Shown: positions 55,431-63,776 of the stretch, piece by piece | Layout of the letters: every line of letters begins with the position of its first letter | How positions within the stretch are numbered: position 1 is the first letter of the stretch | The notes under the pieces: generated by a model | The model's input: the letters and a program-made list of their open reading frames with translations, nothing else | Told to the model about the DNA's origin: nothing | The model's database searches: none | IMG/VR virus record: IMGVR_UViG_2974597119_000001 | Location: 1 to 64,000 of that record | Source: a virus | Lineage: Duplodnaviria; Caudoviricetes | Direction: 5' to 3' (one strand) | Length of the DNA: 64,000 nt | Translations under genes and position numbers: made by a program

Positions 55431-55781
55431 TTACAGCTCGAGGCGCGCGAGGATGCCGCGCAAGGCCGAGGTGATATCGCGCACTTTCTTTTCCTGAACC
55501 TGCAGGCGCTGTCCCAGCGGCGACGTGCAGGCTGGCTCGCCACCGCTTTCGTTGCTGTATTCGGTGTCGGTGCGCGAAAGCACAGCCTCGAGACGGCCGA
55601 ACAGAACGCCGACGACATTGTGCAGGTCATTCAGGGCCTGATCGGTACAGTCGAGGCGCTGCGGGATTTCGTTGGCCATCTCATTCTCGTAGCAGGCTTC
55701 CATCGCCGTGGCGGGCGCCGCGATGCGCGCGGCCGCAGCGGCGAATTGGGAGGTCTTGCTGTTGAACATTCCGTTGCTCAT
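55431..55781 (-). CDS. Hypothetical protein
   Basis: 116 aa, AAGGA SD. Confidence 0.6.
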   Translation of the reverse strand: MSNGMFNSKTSQFAAAAARIAAPATAMEACYENEMANEIPQRLDCTDQALNDLHNVVGVLFGRLEAVLSRTDTEYSNESGGEPACTSPLGQRLQVQEKKVRDITSALRGILARLEL

Positions 55782-56105
55782 TTTTGATTCCTTTGGCGCC
55801 CCATGTGCGCCCTAAGATCAGCGCCCTGAACGGATCGCCTTTGTTGGCGCGGTTTCCCGCGCGAAATCGTCTGACTGCGGATCAGTTTTTCGGCAGCTTC
55901 ACTTTGTCGGCTTCCTGGTAGCGGCCCATGCCGTGCAGCTCCGCCATCGCATGCGTCAGCTCGCGCGTGGCCTTCGCGCGGATCCAGCAGCGCACCTGCC
56001 AGATCAATTCGCCGGACAGAGCGCCCAGGCCAACCCACACCAAATGATCAAACCATTCCATGATTGCTCCTAAATGATGCCGGCGGCCGGCCGGCGCGGT
56101 ACAGA

Positions 56106-56288
56106 TCAGGTCTTGCCGGCCGCATAGCCAGCGGCATAGGCCATGCGGATCAGGGCGGCCACGCCCCGCAGCTCGGCGATGCGGGCCAGATCCTTCGGGC
56201 TTGGAACGAACAGCGCAGGGTTGTAGTCGGCGGCCCGCTCGAGCGCCTTGGCTATCGCAATCGGATGCGGTGCGGCGGCGGCGCTCAC
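56106..56288 (-). CDS. Small hypothetical protein
   Basis: 60 aa, AYAAGY motif. Confidence 0.45.
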   Translation of the reverse strand: MSAAAAPHPIAIAKALERAADYNPALFVPSPKDLARIAELRGVAALIRMAYAAGYAAGKT

Positions 56289-56360
56289 GTCAGCCCCCGG
56301 CTTCCTGTGCCCAGCAGAACGCGGTCGTAAGCGACGATGGCGCGGGCGCGCGGCGTCGTG

Positions 56361-56645
56361 TCATCCCACATCGCGGTCGACCCTTTGGTGACGGTTGAAG
56401 CGCTCGGCGAACTTGCGCTCGTCGGCCTGTTGCTTCGCGCGCTTGCGCTCGTCGGCCAGGACCAGGAAGGCCCACAGCGGCGCCAGCAGAGCCAGCACGG
56501 GACCGAGCAACAGCAGGAGCGCCACACCCAGCGCCCGCAGTGCGTCGCCCAGCTCGTCCAGGATCTCCCGGCCGTAGACCGGCAGGCGGCGCCAGCTCAG
56601 CAGCAGGGCGACGAACGACTCGCGCAGGGCTTCTCGGTAGGTCAT
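56361..56645 (-). CDS. Membrane hypothetical protein
   Basis: Start MTYREAL; one long hydrophobic segment. Confidence 0.5.
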   Translation of the reverse strand: MTYREALRESFVALLLSWRRLPVYGREILDELGDALRALGVALLLLLGPVLALLAPLWAFLVLADERKRAKQQADERKFAERFNRHQRVDRDVG

Positions 56646-56869
56646 TCGCGCCCCTCGAACCAGCGGCGCCACTTGCGCGATGTCTCGGGGTGCGCCTTGT
56701 GCCACTCGCGCAGGGCCTGCATGACGATGGTCAGGCCGACGATGGACTTGACGGCCCGGAACAGCAGGCTGGCGGCGACGAGCACGGCGACCGCGAGTGC
56801 CAGGACGACCGACAGCAGCATCCACGCGTAGCCCACCCAGGGCGCGGCGGATTGAGCAAATTCGATCAT
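56642..56869 (-). CDS. Membrane hypothetical protein
   Basis: Start MIEFAQS; TM segment. Confidence 0.5.
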   Translation of the reverse strand: MIEFAQSAAPWVGYAWMLLSVVLALAVAVLVAASLLFRAVKSIVGLTIVMQALREWHKAHPETSRKWRRWFEGRE

Positions 56870-57207
56870 CGCCCGCCCCCGCATTGGACGCCGCCCAGGC
56901 CGGTCGGGCAGTTGGCGCGCGGGCACGAGTACATCATGACGCCACCCAGCTTGAGGCCGCAGGCCGAGCATTGGTTCTCGGCGTAGGCCGGGCCCGGCGC
57001 GGCGGGCTGCGCGGGGATGGTCGGGAATTCGGGGCGCGGCACCGGCGTCGTCGGCAGGCGGGTCCAGCGATGCAGCCGCCGGAGCTCGTCCAGCGCGTCG
57101 CGCAGCAAGCCCTCGAGCTGGTAGACGCGCCGCTCGAGCGAAGCGATGCGGTCGTTGGTATGGTCCACGGCATTTCCAGGTTGGCCGGGATCCGCCCGGC
57201 TCGGCAT
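56866..57207 (-). CDS. Hypothetical Zn-ribbon protein
   Basis: ATG 57207 follows CTCGTGAC-G-TAGAAT; CSACG..YSCPRANCP. Confidence 0.55.
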   Translation of the reverse strand: MPSRADPGQPGNAVDHTNDRIASLERRVYQLEGLLRDALDELRRLHRWTRLPTTPVPRPEFPTIPAQPAAPGPAYAENQCSACGLKLGGVMMYSCPRANCPTGLGGVQCGGGR

Positions 57208-57220
57208 GATCAATTCTACG

Positions 57221-57481
57221 TCACGAGAGCGCGAAGCGGCGCGGTTGTCGCACCAAAGCAACGGCGGGCATGCTCAGGCCGCGCCACGACTCCACGTCAG
57301 CCTCGTCGCCGATGTTGCCGAAGCGGGCCACGTCGCCGCCGGGCTCGTGCCGCCACAGGGCGCCATCGAACCAGAAGCGCTGCGGCAGGTCGCCGTCGAA
57401 GTACCGGCACTCGTACCAGCCCACGTAGGCCGGATCGATGTTGGCGGGGAACCAGTCGGTCACGGGCGGCAGGTCCGTCAT
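57221..57481 (-). CDS. Hypothetical protein (paralog of 60380-60634)
   Basis: TDWFP...P..VGWYE...WRGL. Confidence 0.65.
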   Translation of the reverse strand: MTDLPPVTDWFPANIDPAYVGWYECRYFDGDLPQRFWFDGALWRHEPGGDVARFGNIGDEADVESWRGLSMPAVALVRQPRRFALS

Positions 57482-57999
57482 GCGTCGCCCTGCTGGGCGG
57501 CCGCGATGAAGTCGCGGATCTCGTCGTTCCAGACGCCGTAGCGGCGGACCACAGACGTGAACTCCTCCACGTCATGACCGCGCAGGCCGTAGACCGGGTT
57601 GCCGTCCAGGTCGAAGCGCAGCTCGCCGTGGCGGTCGCGCTTTTGCTGGCAATGCGTCAGCTCGTGGAAAACCAGGATCTCGCGGTTGCGCGCGCCGCAC
57701 TCCTGCCAGTAGCCCTCGTCCAGCACGACCAGGAAGCGCGGCATGCGGCCCAGCATGCGCTGGATCATCCACTCGAAAACGTCTTTCAGGCCGCCTTGCA
57801 CCTTGGGCTCGTAGACCGTGCCCAGGATCATCCGGCCGCCCATGATCTTTTCCTTGCGCCGAAAGAGAAACGCTAAGTCGATCTCATTCTCGACAAGGTG
57901 CTCGTGCTCCGGCATGCGCAGCACGGCATCCACAATGGGCTCGAGCCCGTCGTCGGGCTCGGGTAGGCGGAACAGGTCGAATTCGTCGGGCTCATCCAT
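57478..57999 (-). CDS. Putative phage metallopeptidase
   Basis: LVFHELTH (HExxH) and HDVEEF..VVRRYG; leaderless late-type promoter at 58000-58021. Confidence 0.8.
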   Translation of the reverse strand: MDEPDEFDLFRLPEPDDGLEPIVDAVLRMPEHEHLVENEIDLAFLFRRKEKIMGGRMILGTVYEPKVQGGLKDVFEWMIQRMLGRMPRFLVVLDEGYWQECGARNREILVFHELTHCQQKRDRHGELRFDLDGNPVYGLRGHDVEEFTSVVRRYGVWNDEIRDFIAAAQQGDA

Positions 58000-58043
58000 G
58001 CGCCCATTGTGGCGTCACGAGTCGGACCCGCGCACCCAGGGCG

Positions 58044-59258
58044 TTACAGGCCGAGCCATGCCCGGATCTGGTTCGCCAGCCATGTGCCTAGGGTGGCGTG
58101 GCCGGCGGTATCCGGGAGAACCCCGTCGGATTTGGTGTAGGCAAGCCCCGTCGGGTCCAGAAAGAGGCACCCATAGGCATCACCCAATTCCTGCTCGACC
58201 AACGCTTTCAGGGTGTCACGGAACTCGATGTGCTTTGCGCTTGGCGCCGCCGGCGCGGTTGGATCCCACGGGCCCACGATGACCATTTGCGGCTCACCCT
58301 TACCGCCTCGCGCCCGGAAAAGAAGGTCTTTGGCCGCAGCATAGAATTCAGCTGCCGTGGACCCCGCCAAGTCCTCCAGGCCGAACGCGACAACCATGAT
58401 GTGCGTGTGGCCGGTACCCGGCCAATCAAAATGCGAGCGGTCGACACCCCGATATCGCGTGCCCCCGGCATCGGCGATGTATCCCGTCCCCGCCGATCCC
58501 GACGTGAGAACGTCGTCCATGCCGAGCAGGTCTCCCGCGACAAGAGCAAGGTTGTCGCCGGCGATTGCCGCGCCGTCGCCAGACACAAACCCATCCCCGA
58601 AAGCCAGCATGCGCCAGCGGGGACGCTCCTCCCACTGCATGTCTTCCGGCGCCGCAAGCAAGATCCCGGAGAATGCCTGATCCCCAGTCCCCTCCACGAA
58701 GATGTTTCGAGCCGCGCGCGTGGGGAACTCGATCCGGAACGACTCGACCCCTGGCCCGGCCGTCGACATCACTCCGTCCAGGCTCACGTATTGGCCGTCG
58801 ACGATGAAGCGGTATGGCCGGCTCGATTTGGATACCTGGAACGCGACCACCTGGGCATCCAGGCGCGCGCCAGCGCGCCATACCACGGCATCACGCCCGC
58901 CCCCGACATTTCCGCCCGTCTCGCCCACCGTGACGCACGGGAACTGCCGGAGCCCGCCAGCGTCCTTGTCGGCCCCGCCGAAATAGTGAATCCAATCGCT
59001 GCGGTTCGCGTAGGTATGGTCCTGCACTGGCAGCTCGGCGCTCACGTCCGCGCCCACCGTAATGATCGGCGGATCGGCCATGACCGGGCTGCCGTGAGGG
59101 CTTGGCAAGCTCGCAGCAGCGGCGATGCGGGCCTTCAACGCCGGCCTATCCCGTAGCCAGTCCGGGATAGGCGGCCGCTTGGCGCCAGCCAGAGCAGACG
59201 GCAAACCCGGCTCCATCGTCGGAGCCAGCAAGGCATCCAGGAGCACGGGCTTGAGCAT
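58044..59258 (-). CDS. SGNH/GDSL-fold protein with degenerate catalytic residues
   Basis: LAFGDGF, GSAGTGY, FGLED and DGVLP blocks. Confidence 0.7.
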   Translation of the reverse strand: MLKPVLLDALLAPTMEPGLPSALAGAKRPPIPDWLRDRPALKARIAAAASLPSPHGSPVMADPPIITVGADVSAELPVQDHTYANRSDWIHYFGGADKDAGGLRQFPCVTVGETGGNVGGGRDAVVWRAGARLDAQVVAFQVSKSSRPYRFIVDGQYVSLDGVMSTAGPGVESFRIEFPTRAARNIFVEGTGDQAFSGILLAAPEDMQWEERPRWRMLAFGDGFVSGDGAAIAGDNLALVAGDLLGMDDVLTSGSAGTGYIADAGGTRYRGVDRSHFDWPGTGHTHIMVVAFGLEDLAGSTAAEFYAAAKDLLFRARGGKGEPQMVIVGPWDPTAPAAPSAKHIEFRDTLKALVEQELGDAYGCLFLDPTGLAYTKSDGVLPDTAGHATLGTWLANQIRAWLGL

Positions 59259-59527
59259 CAGGATTTGTCGATCAGACAGTTGCCAGTAGTCGTAGCCACG
59301 TTGAACGTGCCCGGCACGCCGGGGATGACCGTGGCCGGCCGGTACTGGTTGATTTCACCGATGGGCGTGTAGGTGCCGTCGGCGTTCTTGAAGTTGATCG
59401 TAGCCCGCCAGGGCGGACCGTCGACGCCCGACCGGCGGCCTACCACCATGACGGGAACGCCGCTATCGACGTTGAAATCGGGGGACGTTTGGGCGCCCTC
59501 ACCAGGGGATATGAGTGCTTGTGCCAT
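59258..59527 (-). CDS. Small beta-rich late protein
   Basis: 89 aa; leaderless late-type promoter at 59528-59549; coupled to the SGNH gene. Confidence 0.65.
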   Translation of the reverse strand: MAQALISPGEGAQTSPDFNVDSGVPVMVVGRRSGVDGPPWRATINFKNADGTYTPIGEINQYRPATVIPGVPGTFNVATTTGNCLIDKS

Positions 59528-59581
59528 GCCGAGATTGTGCAGTCACGACGCACGTTCCGAAGCGAAAGCTGCATCGACACA

Positions 59582-59881
59582 TCACGCCTTGCCGCTGCGC
59601 TTGGCTTTCTTTTCCTGCTCCTCCCGAACCGCGTCCAGGTGCATCAACGCCTTGTGAAGGTCATCGACCCGCGCCGCCGGCAGCTCGCCGCCATTGGCGA
59701 TGGTCCGCGCGAACACCTCGAGCGGGCGCAGCGCCAGGAGCTCATCGTTCAGCGCCGGCGCGCGGCCGCTCCAGAATTCCTCGGCGCGCAGGTCAGCCAG
59801 CAGCTCGACGCGCTCGGCATCGGTCAGCAACTGCGCCGTCTCGACCAGGGCCCGAAGGTTTTTCACGTTGTGGACTTGCAT
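59582..59881 (-). CDS. Hypothetical protein
   Basis: Likely start MQVHNVK with GAGGAG SD. Confidence 0.55.
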   Translation of the reverse strand: MQVHNVKNLRALVETAQLLTDAERVELLADLRAEEFWSGRAPALNDELLALRPLEVFARTIANGGELPAARVDDLHKALMHLDAVREEQEKKAKRSGKA

Positions 59882-59882
59882 C

Positions 59883-60131
59883 TCATCTCCTCGCGGCCTG
59901 CAGCCGCTCAATTTCGGGTCGCCGCTCGGCGTCCCATATCGCCCGGACTTCCGCCTCGAGCACCTTGCGGGCGGCCGTGCCGCGCCGCCGTTCAATCCTG
60001 TCCAGGTACAGCCGCCGCTCGGCCATCGTCGGCATCCAGGCGATGGACCGCGCCTCGCATTCGTGCCGCCATTCCTCCGACCAGCTCGAGACCTGCCGGC
60101 CGTCGCGCAGCGTGACGACCGGCCGCGTCAA
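59883..60131 (-). CDS. Hypothetical protein
   Basis: SEEWRHECEAR...RRG motif typical of small phage proteins. Confidence 0.65.
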   Translation of the reverse strand: MTRPVVTLRDGRQVSSWSEEWRHECEARSIAWMPTMAERRLYLDRIERRRGTAARKVLEAEVRAIWDAERRPEIERLQAARR

Positions 60132-60376
60132 TCACGGCTGGCGTCCTCGGGGCGCTTGCCGATCAGCCGGCCGGGCATGTCGCGCAGATACCGGGGCGCC
60201 GCGTCCAGCGGTATCCACTCGTAGCACGGGCCGCTGTTGGTGCGGATGTAGGCGCCACGGTGCGGGCCGCTCTTGACCGTCTCGAGCACGCGGACGTGCT
60301 CAACTCCACGGATGAACTTGCGGTCGCCGACCTGGGGCCTGGGCCGGGCCGGCGCTGTCGAAATGTGGATGCGCAT
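60128..60376 (-). CDS. Hypothetical protein
   Basis: 82 aa, GGAGG SD. Confidence 0.55.
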   Translation of the reverse strand: MRIHISTAPARPRPQVGDRKFIRGVEHVRVLETVKSGPHRGAYIRTNSGPCYEWIPLDAAPRYLRDMPGRLIGKRPEDASRD

Positions 60377-60379
60377 GGC

Positions 60380-60634
60380 TCAGCCCTCCGCCGGCGCCAC
60401 CAGCCCGCGCCACTGGTGCGTTTCGTGCGTGCCCATGATCGACGGCTCAGCCCAGGAATGAACGGCAGGGTCCGCCGTCATCCAGCGCTTGCCGTCCCAA
60501 AAGCGGAACGTGCCGATCAGGCGGCCCTTTGCATTCCAATGCATCAGCCTCGAATTGCGCACCTCGTAGCGGCCCACATGGACTGGGTTCACGTCGCGCG
60601 GGAACCAGCCCGTTACCTTAGGTTTGTTGATCAT
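60380..60634 (-). CDS. Hypothetical protein (paralog of 57221-57481)
   Basis: TGWFP...P..VGRYE...WRGL. Confidence 0.65.
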   Translation of the reverse strand: MINKPKVTGWFPRDVNPVHVGRYEVRNSRLMHWNAKGRLIGTFRFWDGKRWMTADPAVHSWAEPSIMGTHETHQWRGLVAPAEG

Positions 60635-60746
60635 TTTCGGTTCTTGTGCGCCCTATGCGCGCCCTAAACATTGCCGGTTGCCCGGAGACCCGCATAAACG
60701 CTTGCTGTGCGGGGCTAGATAGCCTGACTAACTATCTGGTTTGGAT

Positions 60747-61034
60747 TCACTTGCTCATATTCTGTACTTGCTCGGCCACGATCTCGCTGGGCCATTCCGG
60801 CGACTTGTCAGCGTTCACCATGCAGCGCACGCCGGCATCGATACCGGTCCGCAGCTTGAGCCCGCAGGTGCAGATCACGCGGCTATCGTGGCCCTCGCGC
60901 TCGGCTCCGCAGTTGCTGCAGCGGAACACCTTGCGCCGGTCGAACGTCTCGCGCATCAGCACGCGGCCGAAGCAGGCCCGGCAGACGTGCGGCGTCAGCT
61001 TCCAATCCCAATTGTCTTGATCTTTTTTGCTCAT
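60747..61034 (-). CDS. Cys-rich Zn-finger protein
   Basis: CRAC, CSNC and CTC motifs. Confidence 0.7.
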   Translation of the reverse strand: MSKKDQDNWDWKLTPHVCRACFGRVLMRETFDRRKVFRCSNCGAEREGHDSRVICTCGLKLRTGIDAGVRCMVNADKSPEWPSEIVAEQVQNMSK

Positions 61035-61555
61035 TACCAAAGCCTCAACTGCGACGGCGCGCCCCGGATCTCGCCACGGAACGAGAAGCGCGCATGCCGG
61101 TCGGCATCGCGCAGCGTTGCCACGATCAGCTCATCGGTCGCGGCCGACAAATCGAGCTCGAGCCGCTTTGGCTCGCCGCCCTCGAGGTAGTAGATGCGTC
61201 GCCGCGACAGCGGGCGCACCTTCACCGGCTTCGCGCCCTTCGCGTTCTTGCCGATGCGCACCTCGCGCTCGCGGTTGTAGCAGCTCACGCACACATGGCC
61301 CCGGATCAGGCGCGCGGCGATGCGATGGCAGCGGCCGCAGATCGTCGTGCCCTTGAGCGGCGACATGGACGCGGCAGTCTCGCCAGCATGCACGGCGCCC
61401 AGCGGGCAGACGCGGCATTTGAATTGCTGCTCGCTGCCCTCGTGGTTCGCCTTACGCCACATGCCGGCGCACGACGTGACGCTGAGCGTGGCGCTGTAGC
61501 GGTCGCATCGGAAGTACTGACCCGGTGCGCCCTCGATTTTGAAGTACTCGACCAT
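61034..61555 (-). CDS. Cys-rich Zn-finger protein
   Basis: CRVC, CGRC and CVSC motifs; basic. Confidence 0.7.
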   Translation of the reverse strand: MVEYFKIEGAPGQYFRCDRYSATLSVTSCAGMWRKANHEGSEQQFKCRVCPLGAVHAGETAASMSPLKGTTICGRCHRIAARLIRGHVCVSCYNREREVRIGKNAKGAKPVKVRPLSRRRIYYLEGGEPKRLELDLSAATDELIVATLRDADRHARFSFRGEIRGAPSQLRLW

Positions 61556-61729
61556 TCCGGCCCCAATTGATCAAACGCTGACCAATTTTATCACGGTGGC
61601 CGTCGCTTATTTCAAACAGCACGAGAAGAATAGCGCGGATACAACAGTTGGTTGCGTGCGCTTTGGTGATCGCGAGCGATGCAGCGTGATAGCTCGGGAT
61701 GCTTTTCGAGGGTTATCCCTGCTTTGCAG

Positions 61730-62005
61730 GGCAGGATACCGTGGCCCGCTGATTGATACCGCTCGGTTCCCGGTTCGGTATCCAACTTTTCCCTTTCAAA
61801 TCATGCCCCTAGAAGAAGAAGATACCAAGATACCAAGAAATAATAATAAAGGGATCATGTGAGGTGGGTGCCTTTGTGCATGTATGTCGCGCGATGCGCA
61901 TGCATGTACATGACGTGTTTGTATGTATCCCTCCGGGTATCCGGTATCCGGTATCCTCTTTAAAATCATGCACTTGCGAGCGGGTCGCTGATACCGTGGT
62001 ATCCG
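61730..62005. repeat. GATACC/GGTATC repeat cluster around an AT-rich patch (origin-like)
   Basis: 10 hexamer copies at 61735, 61755, 61777, 61821, 61829, 61936, 61943, 61950, 61990 and 61998; AAATAATAATAAA near 61838. Confidence 0.6.
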
Positions 62006-62144
62006 AACAGCTCAATTCCGATACGAATTCACGCGCTACCGCTATCGGTTGATCGAATCCGATTAACACAATCAATTGGGCTAATCCTTCGCATCCGCGC
62101 ACCATAGAGGCGTGGCCGATGACCGGCCGGTAATTGGAACCGAC

Positions 62145-62930
62145 ATGATCACCCAAACCTACTACGTTTCGACGGGTCGCAAGAACGCGATGTACACGCT
62201 GCGGTGCCGCCGCGATGTTGTCGGTCAGGCTCCAGTGCTGCGCGACTACATGCCCGACTTCTACCTGTGCAACCTCGCCGCGACCGAAGATAAGGCCGTC
62301 GAAAAGGCGCGCGAATACATGGAAGCGATGCGCATCCGGATCGGTGAGAGCGACGGGTTCAAGATCGAATTCGATGAATACCCCGACCACGAGGCATTCA
62401 AGCGGCGCGGCAAGCTGTCGGTGCGCGACACGCGCTCGATGCAGTTGATCGAGGCAGGCGTGTTCCCGTTCGGTAAGCACCGTGGCGAGCTGATCGCCGA
62501 GGCCCCGGATTCCTACGTGCTGTTCTTCGCCGACAAGACCCGCGACGCCGACGAGCCGGTCATGGCCGCGCTCGCCGCCGCGTGCATGGGCGTTGCGCTC
62601 GAAAAGGGCCTGATCGCCAAGCGCGACGCCCGCCGCGCCGAACAAGCTGCCCAGGACGCGAAGTCCAACTTCGTCGGCGCCGTCGGCGAGCGCCGCGACT
62701 TCGAGGGCGAGTTGTTCGTCTGCTTCGAGAAGAAGATCCGGTACGGCTCGGAAGAGTTCACCGACTACTGGGTCAACAAGGTTCGCATCGGTGACGACAT
62801 CGTGACCTATCTCGGCGGCAAGCCGCTGGGCGAGCGCGGCGCCATCATCAAATTCCGCGCAACCATCAAGAAGCACAACGAATACCAAGGCGTGAAGACG
62901 ACTATCGTCAACCGCCCCTCCGCCGCCTGA
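62145..62930 (+). CDS. Hypothetical protein with FPFGKHRG (DUF3820-like) motif and C-terminal OB-like region
   Basis: FPFGKHRGELI..PDSY; FVGAVGERR...KKHNEYQGVKTT. Confidence 0.7.
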   Translation: MITQTYYVSTGRKNAMYTLRCRRDVVGQAPVLRDYMPDFYLCNLAATEDKAVEKAREYMEAMRIRIGESDGFKIEFDEYPDHEAFKRRGKLSVRDTRSMQLIEAGVFPFGKHRGELIAEAPDSYVLFFADKTRDADEPVMAALAAACMGVALEKGLIAKRDARRAEQAAQDAKSNFVGAVGERRDFEGELFVCFEKKIRYGSEEFTDYWVNKVRIGDDIVTYLGGKPLGERGAIIKFRATIKKHNEYQGVKTTIVNRPSAA

Positions 62931-62971
62931 TCAACCCGCCCGGTTCGCGCCGGGCCCTCTATCCATCAAAT

Positions 62972-63376
62972 ATGATCACTACCATCCTTCGCGCACCCAC
63001 CGGCGCCGGCATCCACTACTGCGCCCTGCAGCTCGCTGAGCGAGCCCGCATCGCCAACGAATACGTCGCCCCGGTCGCCGTCATCGTCCCTCCGATCAAA
63101 GAGCTGATCGAGCAATGGAAGCGCATCGCCGGCGGTCTGGATATCCTCGTCAACGTCTACCGGCCGAACGAATGGAAGCGGCTTCGCGCCGGCCAGGGAA
63201 ATGGCATCGTTCTGGTCAATGAACTGCGGTGGCATCACCTCAACCCGATCTTGCAAGCGCTGCAGGACGACACGCACGAGCACTGGTTGCTCAACCCGCC
63301 GCTCGAGATCGAGATCGAGATAGGCGTGAACCTGCAGCCGCGCCCGCCGCGCCGGATAGATGGGAAGGGCGTATGA
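62972..63376 (+). CDS. Hypothetical protein (degenerate P-loop-like start)
   Basis: ILRAPTGAG; 134 aa. Confidence 0.5.
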   Translation: MITTILRAPTGAGIHYCALQLAERARIANEYVAPVAVIVPPIKELIEQWKRIAGGLDILVNVYRPNEWKRLRAGQGNGIVLVNELRWHHLNPILQALQDDTHEHWLLNPPLEIEIEIGVNLQPRPPRRIDGKGV

Positions 63377-63681
63377 CGCCCCGCCAGCGCCGCGACTGGA
63401 TCCTCGCCCACATGCGCGAGCGGCCGCGTGAGAGCTTCGACGTGCTCAACAGCGATTTCGTCTATGCCTACGCCGAAGCCACGGACGCGCCGGTCGCGCT
63501 GCAGATGTTCGGTGCGCCGAAATGCCAGCAGCTCGGCCGAGACCTGGGCGAGCTCCACAAGCGCGGCCACCTCAAGCGCAACGCCACCGGGTTGCCCGCC
63601 GGCGACTCGAGCATGGGATTCCCGAAGTGGGTCTACTGCTACCGGCTTCGAGCGATTGAATCTGACTATCTGCCCGATTGA
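63373..63681 (+). CDS. Hypothetical protein, possibly winged helix
   Basis: Start MTPRQRRDWIL, ATGA overlap. Confidence 0.55.
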   Translation: MTPRQRRDWILAHMRERPRESFDVLNSDFVYAYAEATDAPVALQMFGAPKCQQLGRDLGELHKRGHLKRNATGLPAGDSSMGFPKWVYCYRLRAIESDYLPD

Positions 63682-63776
63682 AAAATTCAATCGAGATGTT
63701 GCGCGCCTACAACCCGCAAAGGTTCGCGCAAGCGCATCATAGAACCGTGCTGATTGAATTTGATTAGGAGCGAATC

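Noticed and set aside
61730-62005. CRISPR array
   Set aside because: Repeats are only 6-8 bp and irregularly spaced; no cas genes and no repeat-spacer array were seen anywhere in the window
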